Under the pieces are notes generated by a model. The model worked only from the letters and a program-made list of their open reading frames with translations, was not told the origin of the DNA and did not search any database. From Candidatus Saccharimonadota bacterium (GTDB lineage Bacteria; Patescibacteriota; Gracilibacteria; UBA1369; 2-02-FULL-48-14), in NCBI GenBank assembly GCA_965230905.1, contig OZ246396.1, positions 870,001 to 902,000 on the forward strand: a DNA stretch of 32,000 bases, given 5' to 3'. Of the stretch, positions 31,085 through 32,000 are shown in pieces. Made by a program: the position numbers and the translations under genes. The stretch's first letter is position 1, and each line of letters opens with the position of its first letter.

Positions 31085-31684
31085 ATGGACGTCCTTGAAG
31101 ACAATCTAGATCTACAAATTAGTCCTACGTACATACTTAGAGATTTAAAGGATGCAAGAGATTCCTACGACATGCGAGTGAAAATATTTGAAGACCGTAC
31201 AAAAGGTTGGTTTTTTGACCACGCTAAAAGTTTAACTAACAGTGGCAATCAACATGTTGGATTTGCCGTTCTAAAACTTCTATTTAGTTACTTCGAAATG
31301 ATTGCTCAATACATGGAGGGCATGTCTAGCAGAGGAAATTCAGGACCTTTTTTCAAGAGAGGGGTAGTTTACGTTTTCCCGGAGTTGTCTGATGACCCTT
31401 GGAAGGATGATCTCTTAAACCTGTTATGGATTTCTGCCAGAAATGGTTTTTTCCACAGTGGAATGACTCAACATCGAGTTTTTATCCGTGACTCTGATGC
31501 TCCAATCGTTTTTGAAGATGGGAAAATTTATATTGATCGCTTTAAATTCCCTGAAAGGATATACCAGCATTTTGATGAATATATTGAAGAATTGAAGACC
31601 AGTTTTGATCCATTTGTTAGAGATCACTTCAGTTTTATTTGGAGACAGGTTAATGGAGGTAAATTCTACCCAATCTCATATTAA
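31085..31684 (+). CDS. hypothetical protein with a HEPN-like RNxxxH motif
   Basis: 199 aa. LLWISARNGFFHSG (R119-x4-H124) fits the HEPN Rx4-6H signature with the usual polar residue after R. It is preceded by helical segments (GFAVLKLLFSYFEMIAQYMEG). Confidence 0.45.
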   Translation: MDVLEDNLDLQISPTYILRDLKDARDSYDMRVKIFEDRTKGWFFDHAKSLTNSGNQHVGFAVLKLLFSYFEMIAQYMEGMSSRGNSGPFFKRGVVYVFPELSDDPWKDDLLNLLWISARNGFFHSGMTQHRVFIRDSDAPIVFEDGKIYIDRFKFPERIYQHFDEYIEELKTSFDPFVRDHFSFIWRQVNGGKFYPISY

Positions 31685-31772
31685 GATCATCCAAGTCGAA
31701 GCAGTTAAGAATGAATTTTATTCATGACTTTGTATTAATTGTGCTAAGATATACGTTGTTTTGATCAGGCCT

Positions 31773-31949
31773 ATGCTCAAACGAGCCAAAAGGAATACGC
31801 CTCGAAAACTCCGTTTTATTGTTACTTTTTGTGATGACGAAGAGAAGAACCAAGAGGCTTTTGAAAGAGCGGTTCGTCGTATCTTAGAACTCCCACCCTA
31901 TGACCGTAAAATATCTTCACGATCGGAAGCATTACGAAGATCGATATGA
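31773..31949 (+). CDS. small basic protein, possibly ribbon-helix-helix-like
   Basis: 58 aa from the ATG at 31773: MLKRAKRNTPRKLRFIVTFCDDEEKNQEAFERAVRRILEL... This reads as a beta-strand followed by a helix. It overlaps the next ORF by 50 nt. Confidence 0.35.
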   Translation: MLKRAKRNTPRKLRFIVTFCDDEEKNQEAFERAVRRILELPPYDRKISSRSEALRRSI

Positions 31950-32000
31950 TCGGGCTACCGTTGAAAAAGCCCGCTGGTATGAAGACCATGCGGAGAAAGC
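31900..32000 (+). CDS. hypothetical protein, 5' partial (continues beyond the window)
   Basis: Open frame from the ATG at 31900 to the window end: MTVKYLHDRKHYEDRYDRATVEKARWYEDHAEK... Not listed in the ORF track because it has no stop in the window. Confidence 0.4.
   Translation, partial: MTVKYLHDRKHYEDRYDRATVEKARWYEDHAEK

Larger units (their letters stand above)
20818..32000. mobile_element. integrative, phage-derived genomic island (serine recombinase at the left edge; right end beyond the window)
   Basis: The recombinase stop lies 7 nt from the homology boundary. Cargo is Hachiman, TerL/TerS-like, two orphan methylases and uncharacterised small genes. Spot GC counts show a mosaic composition. 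Confidence 0.45.

Noticed and set aside
1-32000. CRISPR arrays, rRNA or tRNA genes, IS elements with terminal inverted repeats
   Set aside because: Reading both strands, I saw no regularly spaced short repeats, no rRNA-like conserved blocks and no transposase ORFs. The only long repeats are the recombinase 3' fragment pair and the short methyltransferase remnant.

Overview
Mosaic accessory region. Almost all genes are on the minus strand, and I found no rRNA, tRNA or CRISPR array. Four blocks are visible.

(1) 1-15.65 kb: heavy-metal and thiol-redox island.
- It starts with a partial NhaC-like transporter that is absent from the ORF track.
- Metal genes: DUF2933 and YHS proteins, a Met-rich multicopper oxidase, a YVTN/Asp-box lipoprotein, and a CPH-type (CopB-like) P1B ATPase with its CsoR/RcnR-family repressor and operator.
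- Also present: DUF302, DsbA, many small Cys/His-motif membrane proteins, a decayed CDF-like pseudogene, a SAM methyltransferase, and an ArsR-regulated HMA-CDF transporter.

(2) 15.65-16.2 kb: non-coding junction. It carries an iteron-like TGTCTCA cluster, an 18-bp direct repeat pair, and a 157-bp 3' fragment of a second serine-recombinase gene.

(3) 16.2-20.8 kb: cassette bracketed by that fragment and the intact recombinase. It holds an orphan B12-domain-like radical SAM protein, a MerR-controlled thioredoxin-CcdA pair, a methyltransferase remnant and a GNAT.

(4) 20.8-32 kb: integrative, phage-derived island.
- A large serine recombinase, followed by a low-GC Hachiman defence system (HamA DUF1837 plus HamB helicase).
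- TerL, a TerS-like HTH protein and two DNA methyltransferases (one ParB-fused), with no structural genes.
- An uncharacterised divergent pair, one member carrying an RNxxxH HEPN-like motif.

Hachiman is a known system. The best candidates for something undescribed are the HEPN-motif/wHTH-like pair, the terminase-methylase module without a virion, the orphan radical SAM cassette and the repeat-rich junction. None can be proven from sequence alone.

Start contexts lack Shine-Dalgarno motifs, yet four canonical -35/-10 promoters are readable. I cannot assign a taxon.
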